In this document: piece by piece, positions 9,621 through 18,008 of the stretch | Position numbering within the stretch: position 1 is the stretch's first letter | Layout of the letters: every line of letters starts with the position of its first letter | DNA from: an uncultured virus (IMG/VR IMGVR_UViG_3300029705_006209) | Lineage: Duplodnaviria > Heunggongvirae > Uroviricota > Caudoviricetes | DNA: 20,000 nt | Virus record (IMG/VR): IMGVR_UViG_3300029705_006209 | Reading direction: 5' to 3' (one strand) | Translations under genes and position numbers: made by a program | The notes under the pieces: model-generated | What the model was told of the DNA's origin: nothing | Seen by the model: only the letters and a program-made list of their open reading frames with translations | Databases searched by the model: none

Positions 9621-9679
9621 TTTTCTAGTCTCCTCTTATACCTGCACATTAACTTCATGATTCTGCGGAGCCGGACCGA

Positions 9680-11944
9680 TCAGGCCCGGACTCCATCATT
9701 TCTTTCCCTTTTGTTTTGTTTTTTCTGGCTTTGACGTTCGTATTTCGAAAGGCCCTCTTTCTTTGTCAGCTCATAAAATACAGGGCTGCAGAGGAAGATG
9801 GACGAATACGTACCTGTGAACACGCCTATCATCAATGGAATCAGGAATGATCTGAGTTCTGAAGACGCCATGATGAACAGCGGGATCATTACGATAAGTG
9901 TTGTGAGCGATGTCATAAGTGATCTGGACATCGTCTGGTTGATGCTTGTGTCGATAAGCTCGATACCCTGTTTGCGCTTGAAGAACTTCGAGTTCTCTCT
10001 TATGCGGTCAAATACTACGATCGTATCGTTGATCGAGTAACCTACAACCGTGAGGATACCTGCGATGAACGGATTGTTGATCGTGATACGGAATATCGCA
10101 TAAAGAGAAAGAGTCACAAGTACGTCATGCGCAAGTCCCGCAACAGCTGCAAGACCATACTGCCAGTTCTTGAATCTGAATCGTATGTAGATAAGCATGC
10201 ACAGAGCCGCTATAAGTATCGACTTTATAGCGTTCTTTCTGAGATCCTTACCGACCGTAGGGCCGAACTCTTCGGAAGCAAGAACGTCGTTGTCATCGAA
10301 TCCGTATTTCTGCTGAAGCGTATCTACTACCCGGCTTCTCTCGTCGGATTTCAGATCCTTGATGGTCCTGATGATGACCTGTGAATTATTGTCCGTTGCA
10401 TATACAATGGTTGGATCAAGGTTGTATTCGGCGATAGCATCTTTGACCTCTTCTATCGTGACTTCCTTGCCGAGTTCTATCTGCATCATCGTGCCGCCGG
10501 TGAAATCAATACCGTAGTTGAAGCCCTTAAAGGCAAATACCGAGGCACCAACAAGGATAACCGCAAGACTCAGAGCGTAGAACTTCTTTCTGTTTTCAAT
10601 GAACTTGAAATTGAATTTCCAGTTGAATCTTGGAGTTCCGTCTTCTCTGATGCCGAACATCGCAGGTGTTCCGAATTTCTCGCTTCCGGCAAGCAGATTG
10701 ACGAAGAGCTGAGTGATGAATACGGCAGTAATGACGGAAACGACAGTACCTATCATCAGCGTAAGAGCGAAGCCCTTTACTGAAGTTGTTCCGAATGTGT
10801 AGAGTACAAATGCCGCTACAAGCGTTGTTGTCTGCGAGTCGACTACCGTGCTGAGTGCAGCATGGTATCCTGTATCCACAGCCACCCTTACGGACTTTCC
10901 TTTCTGTATCTCTTCTCTTATTCTGGTAAAGATGATGACATTGGAATCAACAGCCATACCGATGGACAGGATGATACCTGCAATTCCCGGAAGTGTAAGA
11001 ACAGAGCCCATGCCCGCCATAATCCAAAGCACTACCTGTATGTAAAGAAGAAGAGCAAGGTCGGCAACAAGGCCAAGCATTCCGTAGGCAATCACCATCA
11101 GGATGAGCACCAGTCCGAGACCTATGGCTCCAGCCTTGACCGAAAGCTGCAGTGCGTTCGCTCCGATGGTAGCAGTCTGTACCGATGAATTGATTTCGGT
11201 CAGATTAGCCGGAAGAGCACCGCCTCTGATGAGAGCGGAAAGCTGAGATGCTTCCGTCTCACTGAATCCGCCCGGTCTTGTAATCTCGCAGCTTCTTGAA
11301 TTGATCTTCTCGTGAACAAGAGGTGCCGAAATAACTTCATCGTCGAGTGCTATGACGATCGCTGTGCTGTCCACAGGATTGCCCGCCTCGTCTGTCATCG
11401 TAGCCGCTACCTGGCCCTGATACGCTTTCTCAGTAGCTTCTGCAAAAGCGTTGCTGCCGTCAGGAGTAAAATCAATGGTGATCTTATATCCGCCATTGGT
11501 CGTGTCATTGGCAACCTGTGAGTCGCTGATGCCATCGCCCGTAAGAGCAAGTGACCCGTCAGCGAGGAAGAACTGAAGCTGAGCCGTACGCCCGATCTGC
11601 GAGATAGCTTCTTCGGCGTCTTCTACTCCAGGCATCTCTACTCTGATGCGCCTGTCGCCTTCAATCGAAACCTGAGCCTCACTTATGCCCATAGCGTTTA
11701 CTCTGTTTTCAAGAACGCTCTTTGTCTGATTCATGATCGCAGCAAGCTCTGTGCCGGTCTCCTTTGTATCAGCTTCAAGCAGTACATAGACTCCGCCATT
11801 GATGTCGAGTCCGTACTTCAGCTGCTTTCCGAGATTCCCGAACTTGCCCGGTATGCCGAATATGGCAATGGCCCACGAACCGATCAGCAATGCGATGATC
11901 AGGACCGCCAGAACGGCATTTCTTGTTTTACTTTTCTTTGTCAT
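9680..11944 (-). CDS. secDF: Fused protein translocase subunit SecD-SecF
   Basis: YGLDINGG, IRVEMPG, GALP, LTLPGIAGIILSIGMAVDSN (SecD half); GIDFTGG, GYSINDTIVVFDRIRE, QTMSRS, GTYSSIF (SecF half); GAGGAG RBS. Confidence 0.96.
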   Translation of the reverse strand: MTKKSKTRNAVLAVLIIALLIGSWAIAIFGIPGKFGNLGKQLKYGLDINGGVYVLLEADTKETGTELAAIMNQTKSVLENRVNAMGISEAQVSIEGDRRIRVEMPGVEDAEEAISQIGRTAQLQFFLADGSLALTGDGISDSQVANDTTNGGYKITIDFTPDGSNAFAEATEKAYQGQVAATMTDEAGNPVDSTAIVIALDDEVISAPLVHEKINSRSCEITRPGGFSETEASQLSALIRGGALPANLTEINSSVQTATIGANALQLSVKAGAIGLGLVLILMVIAYGMLGLVADLALLLYIQVVLWIMAGMGSVLTLPGIAGIILSIGMAVDSNVIIFTRIREEIQKGKSVRVAVDTGYHAALSTVVDSQTTTLVAAFVLYTFGTTSVKGFALTLMIGTVVSVITAVFITQLFVNLLAGSEKFGTPAMFGIREDGTPRFNWKFNFKFIENRKKFYALSLAVILVGASVFAFKGFNYGIDFTGGTMMQIELGKEVTIEEVKDAIAEYNLDPTIVYATDNNSQVIIRTIKDLKSDERSRVVDTLQQKYGFDDNDVLASEEFGPTVGKDLRKNAIKSILIAALCMLIYIRFRFKNWQYGLAAVAGLAHDVLVTLSLYAIFRITINNPFIAGILTVVGYSINDTIVVFDRIRENSKFFKRKQGIELIDTSINQTMSRSLMTSLTTLIVMIPLFIMASSELRSFLIPLMIGVFTGTYSSIFLCSPVFYELTKKEGLSKYERQSQKKQNKRERNDGVRA

Positions 11945-11990
11945 GTTACATCTCCTCGTTTGATGTTTTATTTTTTAAGGGTTGCAGCCC

Positions 11991-12063
11991 TTTGGTTACT
12001 CCCGTGGTAGGTGCATACCTGTGGCGTTGGTTGCTTCCGTGGTAGGTGATTACCTACTCCCGT
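11991..12063. repeat. Imperfect 29-bp tandem repeat (period 35) plus a partial third copy in the secY-secDF spacer
   Basis: 11992-12020 TTGGTTACTCCCGTGGTAGGTGCATACCT vs 12027-12055 TTGGTTGCTTCCGTGGTAGGTGATTACCT (25/29 identical); TACTCCCGT again at 12055-12063; each unit contains an AGGT-N4-ACCT mini-hairpin. Confidence 0.8.
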
Positions 12064-12072
12064 ACGCCCATT

Positions 12073-13329
12073 TTACCTAAGAAAGCCCTCGTATTTATTC
12101 ATAAGCTGACGCTCGTTGACCTGTCGTACGGTTTCAGTTGCGACGCCCACCAGGATAAGCAGACTAGTTCCGCCGAAACTTAAGTTAAGCGGAGTAAAGG
12201 CTCCTATAGCAGTAGGCAAAGTGGATATTGCCGCAAGGAACAGTGCATCGAGCACGCACAGCCTTTTGGATATGCTTGACAGATACTCAACTGTCGGCTT
12301 GCCCGGTCTGATTGCCGGAATAGCACCGCCGTTGTTCCTCAGGTTGTCCGCAATATCATTCGGCTTGAATACGATCGCTGTATAGAAGAAGGTGAAGAAT
12401 ATCACCAGCAGCACATTCAGCGCCATGTACACCCATACACCGACGGAACCGTTAGGCGACAGATATTTGCTAACAAAATCCGCATATGCCGAGTGCGGGC
12501 AGAAGTAAGTAATTGTCAGCGGAAGCTGCAGAACTGAAACTGCAAAGATGATCGGAATAACACCGGATGCGTTCAGCTTCATCGGAATATGAGTGCTCTG
12601 TCCCCCGTACATCTTCCTTCCGACAACCTTCTTTGCATACTGCACAGGAATCTTTCTGACACCGCCCTGCACATACAGGATGACAACGATCACCGCTACT
12701 GATGCAACAGCAATACCAGCGATGGCTACCCACGAAAGCGTTCCCTCGATACCTTTTCTGATCAGATCTCTTACTGCAACAGGCAGTCTCATTACGATGC
12801 CTGCAAAGATGAGCAGAGACATACCGTTTCCGACACCATACTCATTGATCTGCTCGCCCAGCCACATAAGAGCCGTAGTTCCTGCAGTCAGTGTAAGAAC
12901 GATGCTGATGGAAGTAAGCGCCGTCTGATCGATAAGGGCTGACCTGAAAAGTCCGAACGTCATTCCTGCAGCCTGTACCAGCGCAAGAACTATCGTTACA
13001 TATCTTGTTATGGCAGCCATCTTCTTGCGTCCGGTCTCACCCTCTTCCGCCAGCTTCTCAAAGTATGGGAAGGCTATGGTCAGAAGCTGAATGATGATGG
13101 ATGCTGTGATGTATGGCGTTACACCCAGAGCAAACAGCGTGAAATTCTGAAAGCTTCCGCCTGTAAATAGATTGTACAGATCGAAAAGTCCCGAATTAGT
13201 CCCCGTAAACACCTGTGCAAGAGCCTCTTTGCTCACTCCTGCAACCGGAATGTTGGCTCCTATGGCAAATACCGAAAGGATGAGAACCGTAAATATGATT
13301 CTTGATCTTGTTTCTTTGTTTATCTTCAT
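12073..13329 (-). CDS. secY: Preprotein translocase subunit SecY, canonical type but outside the spc ribosomal operon
   Basis: LFALGVTPYITASIIIQLL, MWLGEQI, GVGNGMSLLIFAGIV, KLNASGVIPIIFA, IPAIRPG, FGGTSLLILVGV, C-terminal YEGFL; many hydrophobic segments. Confidence 0.96.
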   Translation of the reverse strand: MKINKETRSRIIFTVLILSVFAIGANIPVAGVSKEALAQVFTGTNSGLFDLYNLFTGGSFQNFTLFALGVTPYITASIIIQLLTIAFPYFEKLAEEGETGRKKMAAITRYVTIVLALVQAAGMTFGLFRSALIDQTALTSISIVLTLTAGTTALMWLGEQINEYGVGNGMSLLIFAGIVMRLPVAVRDLIRKGIEGTLSWVAIAGIAVASVAVIVVILYVQGGVRKIPVQYAKKVVGRKMYGGQSTHIPMKLNASGVIPIIFAVSVLQLPLTITYFCPHSAYADFVSKYLSPNGSVGVWVYMALNVLLVIFFTFFYTAIVFKPNDIADNLRNNGGAIPAIRPGKPTVEYLSSISKRLCVLDALFLAAISTLPTAIGAFTPLNLSFGGTSLLILVGVATETVRQVNERQLMNKYEGFLR

Positions 13330-13356
13330 TTCACTAAAAACCTTTCTCGTAACGTA

Positions 13357-13398
13357 GCGCAGAAGACCTCGACTTCTGTAAGCCGCGGAGGAATGCGC
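13357..13398 (-). repeat. Subterminal imperfect palindrome at the 3' end of the IscB element (putative TnpA recognition hairpin)
   Basis: Minus strand GCGCA-TTCCTCCGCGGCTTACAGAAGTCGAGGTCTTC-TGCGC, a few nt after the iscB stop. Confidence 0.7.
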
Positions 13399-13406
13399 CC
13401 GTGGAA

Positions 13407-14756
13407 TTAAACTGCTTGTCTCCAGCCACCAACGTGATGGTGGAGTTTTATCTTTCTCGGCGAAATATCGCCACCTCCAATAAGCTGTACGCTTGCACCC
13501 TTGTTGTGAGTACCTTTGACCATGCGCTTCTCTCCACCGAAGATGACAATATCGCCTGGCTGATACAGATACCGCTGCATGCGGATACTGCGTCTGCCTT
13601 TCGAGCTCTTCTTCCCGCGGAAGATGCGCTCGTTCTGCGGATTACTTCTCGGTGTGGATCTTGAGGTGCGGTTACACCCGAGCTCCGCCGCCTTCTTCGT
13701 CTTGCCGTCACGTACATCCACATATTTCGCATCGTAGAACTTCTCAAGTATGCGGTTGTTGCGGCGGCGCTTCTCGAAGTGAAGTGTCTTCGTCCGGTGC
13801 CTCGGTTTCATACTGCCGATGCAGTAGGCATCGTTTGCGTGAGACTTTTCGATATTGAGATCAAGTCTCGTACGCTTAGTTACGGCACCATAGGTGATGC
13901 GGATTTCGACACCGAAAGCTTTGACCCTCTCGTAGATGTGCCACTTTACGGTGTTCATATACGCTGCGGATGCCGTACCTTTCGGCGGCTTCAGATCCCA
14001 GAGCTTTCCACCTGGCTTATGGTTCTTCGGGCTGTGGCACTTCTCGCATACTGATGCGAGATTACTAAGTCGGTTACTTCTGTCGCCTGTACGGAAGCCG
14101 ACGTGATGGACGCGAAGGATGACTCCGTCTTCTATAGCCGACTTACCGCAGCAGAGACATCTGTAGCCGTCTCTTGCGAAGACTGCCTCTCTCAGCGTAT
14201 CATAGCCGTAACGCGGGCCGTGCTGGTAATCAGCTCCCTCAGGTACAGGCTTCCCCTGCTCTACAGCATCAAGGACCGCCGTATCGAACTGGCCCATCTC
14301 CAGCGAGACGCTCGTTATTGGGCATACCGCATAGTACATCCTGAAGATGTCAACGTGGCGGTCCGCCTTGTTTTTAAGCGACGGAGCGAGCCAGCCTTCA
14401 GGTCTTCTCCTGTTATCAAAGCGCGCCTTGCGGTGGTGCTTCCTGTTTCGCCGGGGGCGTCTTGCCTCGCGGCGCTGATCATCGTGATGCTGCTTCTCGT
14501 TTTTAAGGAGTGTATACTCGGCGCTCACGTATTCGTGTTTCTCCGACTTGAGAGAGACTCCGATATACTGATAACCGGTATCCTCCGTTAATTCGATCGG
14601 CTGCACAGCGTTTCCGCTCTCGTACAGAAGCTGTACGGTGAACGGCATATGCTTTACGATCTTTGCTCTTCCGGATCGGAGGAGCTTTCTTATCTTCCTG
14701 ATGTTTGTCGTCGGCATCAGCTTTTCGCCCTCTGCCGAGATGACGAAGGTCGTCAT
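13407..14756 (-). CDS. iscB: RNA-guided endonuclease IscB (PLMP/RRXRR, split RuvC, HNH)
   Basis: KLMPT (PLMP-like); RuvC-I EDTGYQYIG; Arg-rich bridge helix RRPRRNRK...ARFDNR; RuvC-II SLEMGQFD; CLCC...HHVG...SNLASVCEKCH (HNH); RuvC-III KSHANDAYCI; AAGGAGG RBS. Confidence 0.95.
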   Translation of the reverse strand: MTTFVISAEGEKLMPTTNIRKIRKLLRSGRAKIVKHMPFTVQLLYESGNAVQPIELTEDTGYQYIGVSLKSEKHEYVSAEYTLLKNEKQHHDDQRREARRPRRNRKHHRKARFDNRRRPEGWLAPSLKNKADRHVDIFRMYYAVCPITSVSLEMGQFDTAVLDAVEQGKPVPEGADYQHGPRYGYDTLREAVFARDGYRCLCCGKSAIEDGVILRVHHVGFRTGDRSNRLSNLASVCEKCHSPKNHKPGGKLWDLKPPKGTASAAYMNTVKWHIYERVKAFGVEIRITYGAVTKRTRLDLNIEKSHANDAYCIGSMKPRHRTKTLHFEKRRRNNRILEKFYDAKYVDVRDGKTKKAAELGCNRTSRSTPRSNPQNERIFRGKKSSKGRRSIRMQRYLYQPGDIVIFGGEKRMVKGTHNKGASVQLIGGGDISPRKIKLHHHVGGWRQAV

Positions 14757-14769
14757 GCGCTCCTCCTTT

Positions 14770-15148
14770 CTCTTCTTACTTTTGCTTTAACGTACTTTGC
14801 CTTACGGCTTCCGCATACCGTTTCTCTATAGAGGCGTGTGTACGGATCCTCGCTACTTGCTTTTCAGCGTTCACGGTTGTCCACATCGCCAATGTTATCC
14901 TGCGGTTTTTACATAGCACACTTCGCCTACCCGTCAGCGATGTTTAATACTATGCCGTAGTGCCCGGGACTTGTGGAGCATCCCGGGGTACCTATGCTTG
15001 ATACAAGGAGGGACCCGCTATGCGGGAGGATTCCTTATATCGTTATTCGCAGATAACGTAGTGCCCTGAGCACTTAGGCTAATCAACTGACTTGTTTTTA
15101 CAAGCCCCCGCTTCAAGAGCTGAAAGCTCTAAGCGGTGGGTAGTTGAC
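14770..15148 (-). ncRNA. omegaRNA (HEARO-like) scaffold of the IscB element
   Basis: Contains blocks typical of HEARO/omegaRNA: GTCAACTACCC...GGGGCTTG...GTTGATTAGCCTAAG...CTACGTT...ATAGGTACC...TTAAACA...AAAAACC...AACATTGGCGA; non-coding, directly upstream of iscB; 3' end approximate. Confidence 0.85.
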
Positions 15149-15321
15149 TACCCCACAATCAGAGAAATCAGCTTGATAACGACCTCGCTAACACCCCAGA
15201 GAAAGACAGCGGATGCCGCACAGAACGCAATAGTAACAGCGGAATTTCTTGTAAGTTCCTCTTTTTCAGGGAAGATTGTCTTTTCTGCTTCTTTGCGTAC
15301 GCTCTTGAAAAACTCGAACAT
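15148..15321 (-). CDS. secE: Preprotein translocase subunit SecE (57 aa, below the ORF-track cutoff)
   Basis: MFEFFKSVRKEAEKTIFPEKEELTRNSAVTIAFCAASAVFLWGVSEVVIKLISLIVG*: amphipathic helix, hinge Pro (FFK.V..E..K..xP...EL), then one TM helix; AGGAGG RBS at 15330-15335 overlaps the secG stop. Confidence 0.85.
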   Translation of the reverse strand: MFEFFKSVRKEAEKTIFPEKEELTRNSAVTIAFCAASAVFLWGVSEVVIKLISLIVG

Positions 15322-15333
15322 ATATCCTACCTC

Positions 15334-15567
15334 CTATTTGATAATCAAAGCTGCAAACGCAAGTATGAAGTACAGAACGAGGCAGACAGAAGTGATCCTG
15401 TGAAGTATCACATCATAGCCCTTGCTCTTCTTCTTACCGAAAAGCTGTTCTGCACCGCCTCCGATAACACCGGAAAGACCATCAGACTTGCTCTCCTGCA
15501 GGGAGACGGAAACCACAAGCAAAACGCTCACGATTATCGCTCCGATCTTAATAACGCTTCCAATCAT
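15334..15567 (-). CDS. secG: Preprotein translocase subunit SecG
   Basis: VSLQESKSDGLSGVIGGGAEQLFGKKKSKGYDVILHRIT with two TM segments, a typical Bacillota SecG; GGAGG RBS. Confidence 0.95.
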   Translation of the reverse strand: MIGSVIKIGAIIVSVLLVVSVSLQESKSDGLSGVIGGGAEQLFGKKKSKGYDVILHRITSVCLVLYFILAFAALIIK

Positions 15568-15681
15568 AAATAACCTCCGTTCTTGATATCATCAACTTAC
15601 TTTATCCCCCAATGCTCTCTCTTATTGAGAAAGCCCTTCTTCTCAGGAATCATCATCTTCCGTATATCTTTCCGTGCCACC

Positions 15682-17952
15682 CTAATCGCTGCCGTCATTG
15701 AAGAACTCGTAGCGGTTAGCATCAGGATTGTAGTGGACATTTGAGCCAGAGTCCGAGTCGTCGTCATCGTCATCGGATCTGCTTCTGGAACTGCTGTGAT
15801 TGCCTCCCGATCTTCTTGGCGAAGATGATTTCGGTACATATGTCGCTCTGGCAGGAACGGTCCCTTCCGTGTAATATTCTCCATACTGACTCACGACATC
15901 ATCCGGCTGTGACGGATACTCTCCGTCAGTAACATCAGGAACCTGCCGCATTATCTGCGACCAAAGCGCAGCCGCTGTGCTTGACGTTGTTCCCATCGCT
16001 TTGTTGTGATCGGTGCCGATCCATAAGGCAGCAGAATACTTCGGCGTGAATCCGCAAAACCAGATATCGTAAGTATCGTTCGTTGTTCCTGTTTTGCCTC
16101 CGACAGAGACCCCGCTTATAGCTGCCGCTGACGCGATACCCCGGGAAACGGCGCTCTGCAGCACATCGGTCATGATGTAAGCTACGCCCTCGTCGAGGAC
16201 CTGAGTCCTTTCCGCTTCTCCCTTAAGGATGGTATTGCCCTCGCTGTCTACGACCTTCTCGTAGCATACGGCGCTGCATCTTACTCCTCCTGCAGGAAAT
16301 GTCCCGTATGCCAGAGCCATATCCAGAGGCGTTACCCCGTACGTCATTGCCCCCAGAGCCATTGCTGCCGGGTTCAGATCATTTGCCGCCTGACTGCTGT
16401 CATCCACAGCAGTAGAGATGCCGTATTTTTTAAGCATCTCCATTGAATAGTCAGTGCCGACCTGCATCTGTATCTTTACAGCACAGGTGTTGATCGACTT
16501 CTGAAGTGCGGTTCTGAATGTATTCCAGCCCGAATAATACCTGTTTGCATTAAGCGGCCAGACCTGCCCGTTCATAACGACCCTTTCATCAGCTACATAA
16601 CTTGATGCCGTTATGTAATCGCCCCAGTTGCTTGCACCCTGCCGGTCGATCCCGTAGTTTTCAAACGGGAACTTCTTGCCTTCCGATTCAAGCTCGAAAC
16701 TCTTTTGGAGCGCCGCGCTGTATACGGTAAGCGGTTTTATGGATGATCCGGGCTGTCTCGGCGACACAGCTCTGTTGAAGAGTTTGCGCCCGACTGCGCC
16801 CCTGCCGCCGACCATAGCACGTATCCTGCCCGTGTCCGCTTCGGTTATGACCATTGCCGCCTGCGGCTCCTCTTCAGACCACGGGAAATTGTAATCGTTG
16901 GAGAACTCTTCCCTTATTACCGTCTGTGCCTCTGGGTCGATAGTCGTATAAATATGGAGCCCGCCTGCATGTACGGTTCGGTCAGCTTCGTCTTCAGACA
17001 TCCCGTATTCTTTCATCAGATCTCTGACCACAGCGGAAGTAACATAGTCGGTAAAGTAGGTATATTTAGAAGACGACTTGTCGAAATGCGGGTGGAGGAT
17101 GTCGATAATGTCCACGGTGGCTTCTTTCGCCTCTTCATCCGTGATATACCCCTGCTCCACCATGAGAGACAGAACAAGGTCCCGTCTGTCCTTCGACATG
17201 TCGTTTGCATACAGCTTCAGCTTCTTCATATAGGTCGTATGCTCGCCCTCTTCATTCTGAAGAAGCGCATACATATCCGGTGCCTGTGGAAGGGCTGCAA
17301 GCGCTGCAGACTCTGCAAGAGAAAGGTCCTTAACTTCCTTGCCGAAATATGTATTCGCCGCAGCATTCAGTCCATAGCAGCCGTAGCCCAGATATATGGT
17401 GTTCAGATATGCCTCCAGAATTTCATCTTTTGACAGGATCTGCTCTATCTGGAAGGCGTAGTACATTTCCCGCACTTTACGCTCTATTGTCCGGTCGCTT
17501 TTTATTTCAGCCAGGAAAACGTTTCTTGCAAGCTGCTGCGTTATGGTGCTTGTTCCGCTGATTTCTGCCGATTTACCAATCAGCTTATAAAACACCGCAC
17601 CGGCCATCCTGCGGAAGTTGAATCCGTGATGCTTATAAAAGGTCTTGTCTTCTATAGCAATAAAGGCGTTTTTCGTGATTTCCGGGATTTCTTCGGATGA
17701 AAGAAGTGTTCTGTCTTCCGTATAATAGAGTTTATCTATCTCTTTCCCGTTCCTGTCATATACATACGAAGTCTTGTCGACTTTGCTGTACAGTGCCTCC
17801 GGATCTATCGGTTCGCTTTCGGATGCGATATAAAGGACATACCCGGCCGCCGCCGCTGAACACAAAATGAAGGCAGCAAGAAGTAATTTGAAAATAGCGC
17901 CGATGATGCGTCTTGCTTTACCTTTTCTTTTCTTTTTCCTTTTCCCCTTCAT
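15682..17952 (-). CDS. Class A penicillin-binding protein (PBP1A family; transglycosylase + transpeptidase)
   Basis: N-terminal TM anchor; glycosyltransferase motifs EDKTFYKHHG, GTSTITQQLARN, RKVRE, YLNTIYLG; transpeptidase motifs SSIK, SIN, KTGT; Ser/Asp-rich tail. ATG 17952 preferred over GTG 17961. Confidence 0.95.
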   Translation of the reverse strand: MKGKRKKKRKGKARRIIGAIFKLLLAAFILCSAAAAGYVLYIASESEPIDPEALYSKVDKTSYVYDRNGKEIDKLYYTEDRTLLSSEEIPEITKNAFIAIEDKTFYKHHGFNFRRMAGAVFYKLIGKSAEISGTSTITQQLARNVFLAEIKSDRTIERKVREMYYAFQIEQILSKDEILEAYLNTIYLGYGCYGLNAAANTYFGKEVKDLSLAESAALAALPQAPDMYALLQNEEGEHTTYMKKLKLYANDMSKDRRDLVLSLMVEQGYITDEEAKEATVDIIDILHPHFDKSSSKYTYFTDYVTSAVVRDLMKEYGMSEDEADRTVHAGGLHIYTTIDPEAQTVIREEFSNDYNFPWSEEEPQAAMVITEADTGRIRAMVGGRGAVGRKLFNRAVSPRQPGSSIKPLTVYSAALQKSFELESEGKKFPFENYGIDRQGASNWGDYITASSYVADERVVMNGQVWPLNANRYYSGWNTFRTALQKSINTCAVKIQMQVGTDYSMEMLKKYGISTAVDDSSQAANDLNPAAMALGAMTYGVTPLDMALAYGTFPAGGVRCSAVCYEKVVDSEGNTILKGEAERTQVLDEGVAYIMTDVLQSAVSRGIASAAAISGVSVGGKTGTTNDTYDIWFCGFTPKYSAALWIGTDHNKAMGTTSSTAAALWSQIMRQVPDVTDGEYPSQPDDVVSQYGEYYTEGTVPARATYVPKSSSPRRSGGNHSSSRSRSDDDDDDSDSGSNVHYNPDANRYEFFNDGSD

Positions 17953-18008
17953 AGGCAGCACCCTTTTTAATTAAGTCCTTCCCGATACAACGAAGTCACA
18001 ACTGCAGT

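Larger units (their letters stand above)
13351..15148 (-). mobile_element. Non-autonomous IS200/IS605-superfamily IscB (OMEGA) element inserted between secE and secY
   Basis: Begins GTCAACTACCC (minus strand, 15148), then omegaRNA, iscB, and a subterminal hairpin at 13357-13398; no tnpA. The 13351 boundary is inferred (a few nt uncertainty). Confidence 0.85.

Noticed and set aside
11966..11993. PreQ1-I riboswitch-like or terminator hairpin with an A-rich tail upstream of secDF
   Set aside because: The 6-nt loop is too short and lacks the PreQ1 consensus; the hairpin is followed by A's, not U's, on the transcribed strand.
11991..12063. Possible mini CRISPR array
   Set aside because: Only two full units separated by 6 bp, so no spacer-sized sequence, and no cas genes.
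12073..13329. Accessory SecY2 (SecA2/SecY2 system)
   Set aside because: The motifs are canonical SecY, and no asp, secA2, glycosyltransferase or serine-rich repeat genes are visible.
13407..14756. Calling the RuvC+HNH proteins Cas9
   Set aside because: About 450 aa, PLMP-like N-terminus, no REC lobe, omegaRNA present and no array: these are IscB.
15597..15884. 95-aa minus-strand ORF
   Set aside because: It overlaps the low-complexity C-terminus of the PBP in another frame; likely spurious.
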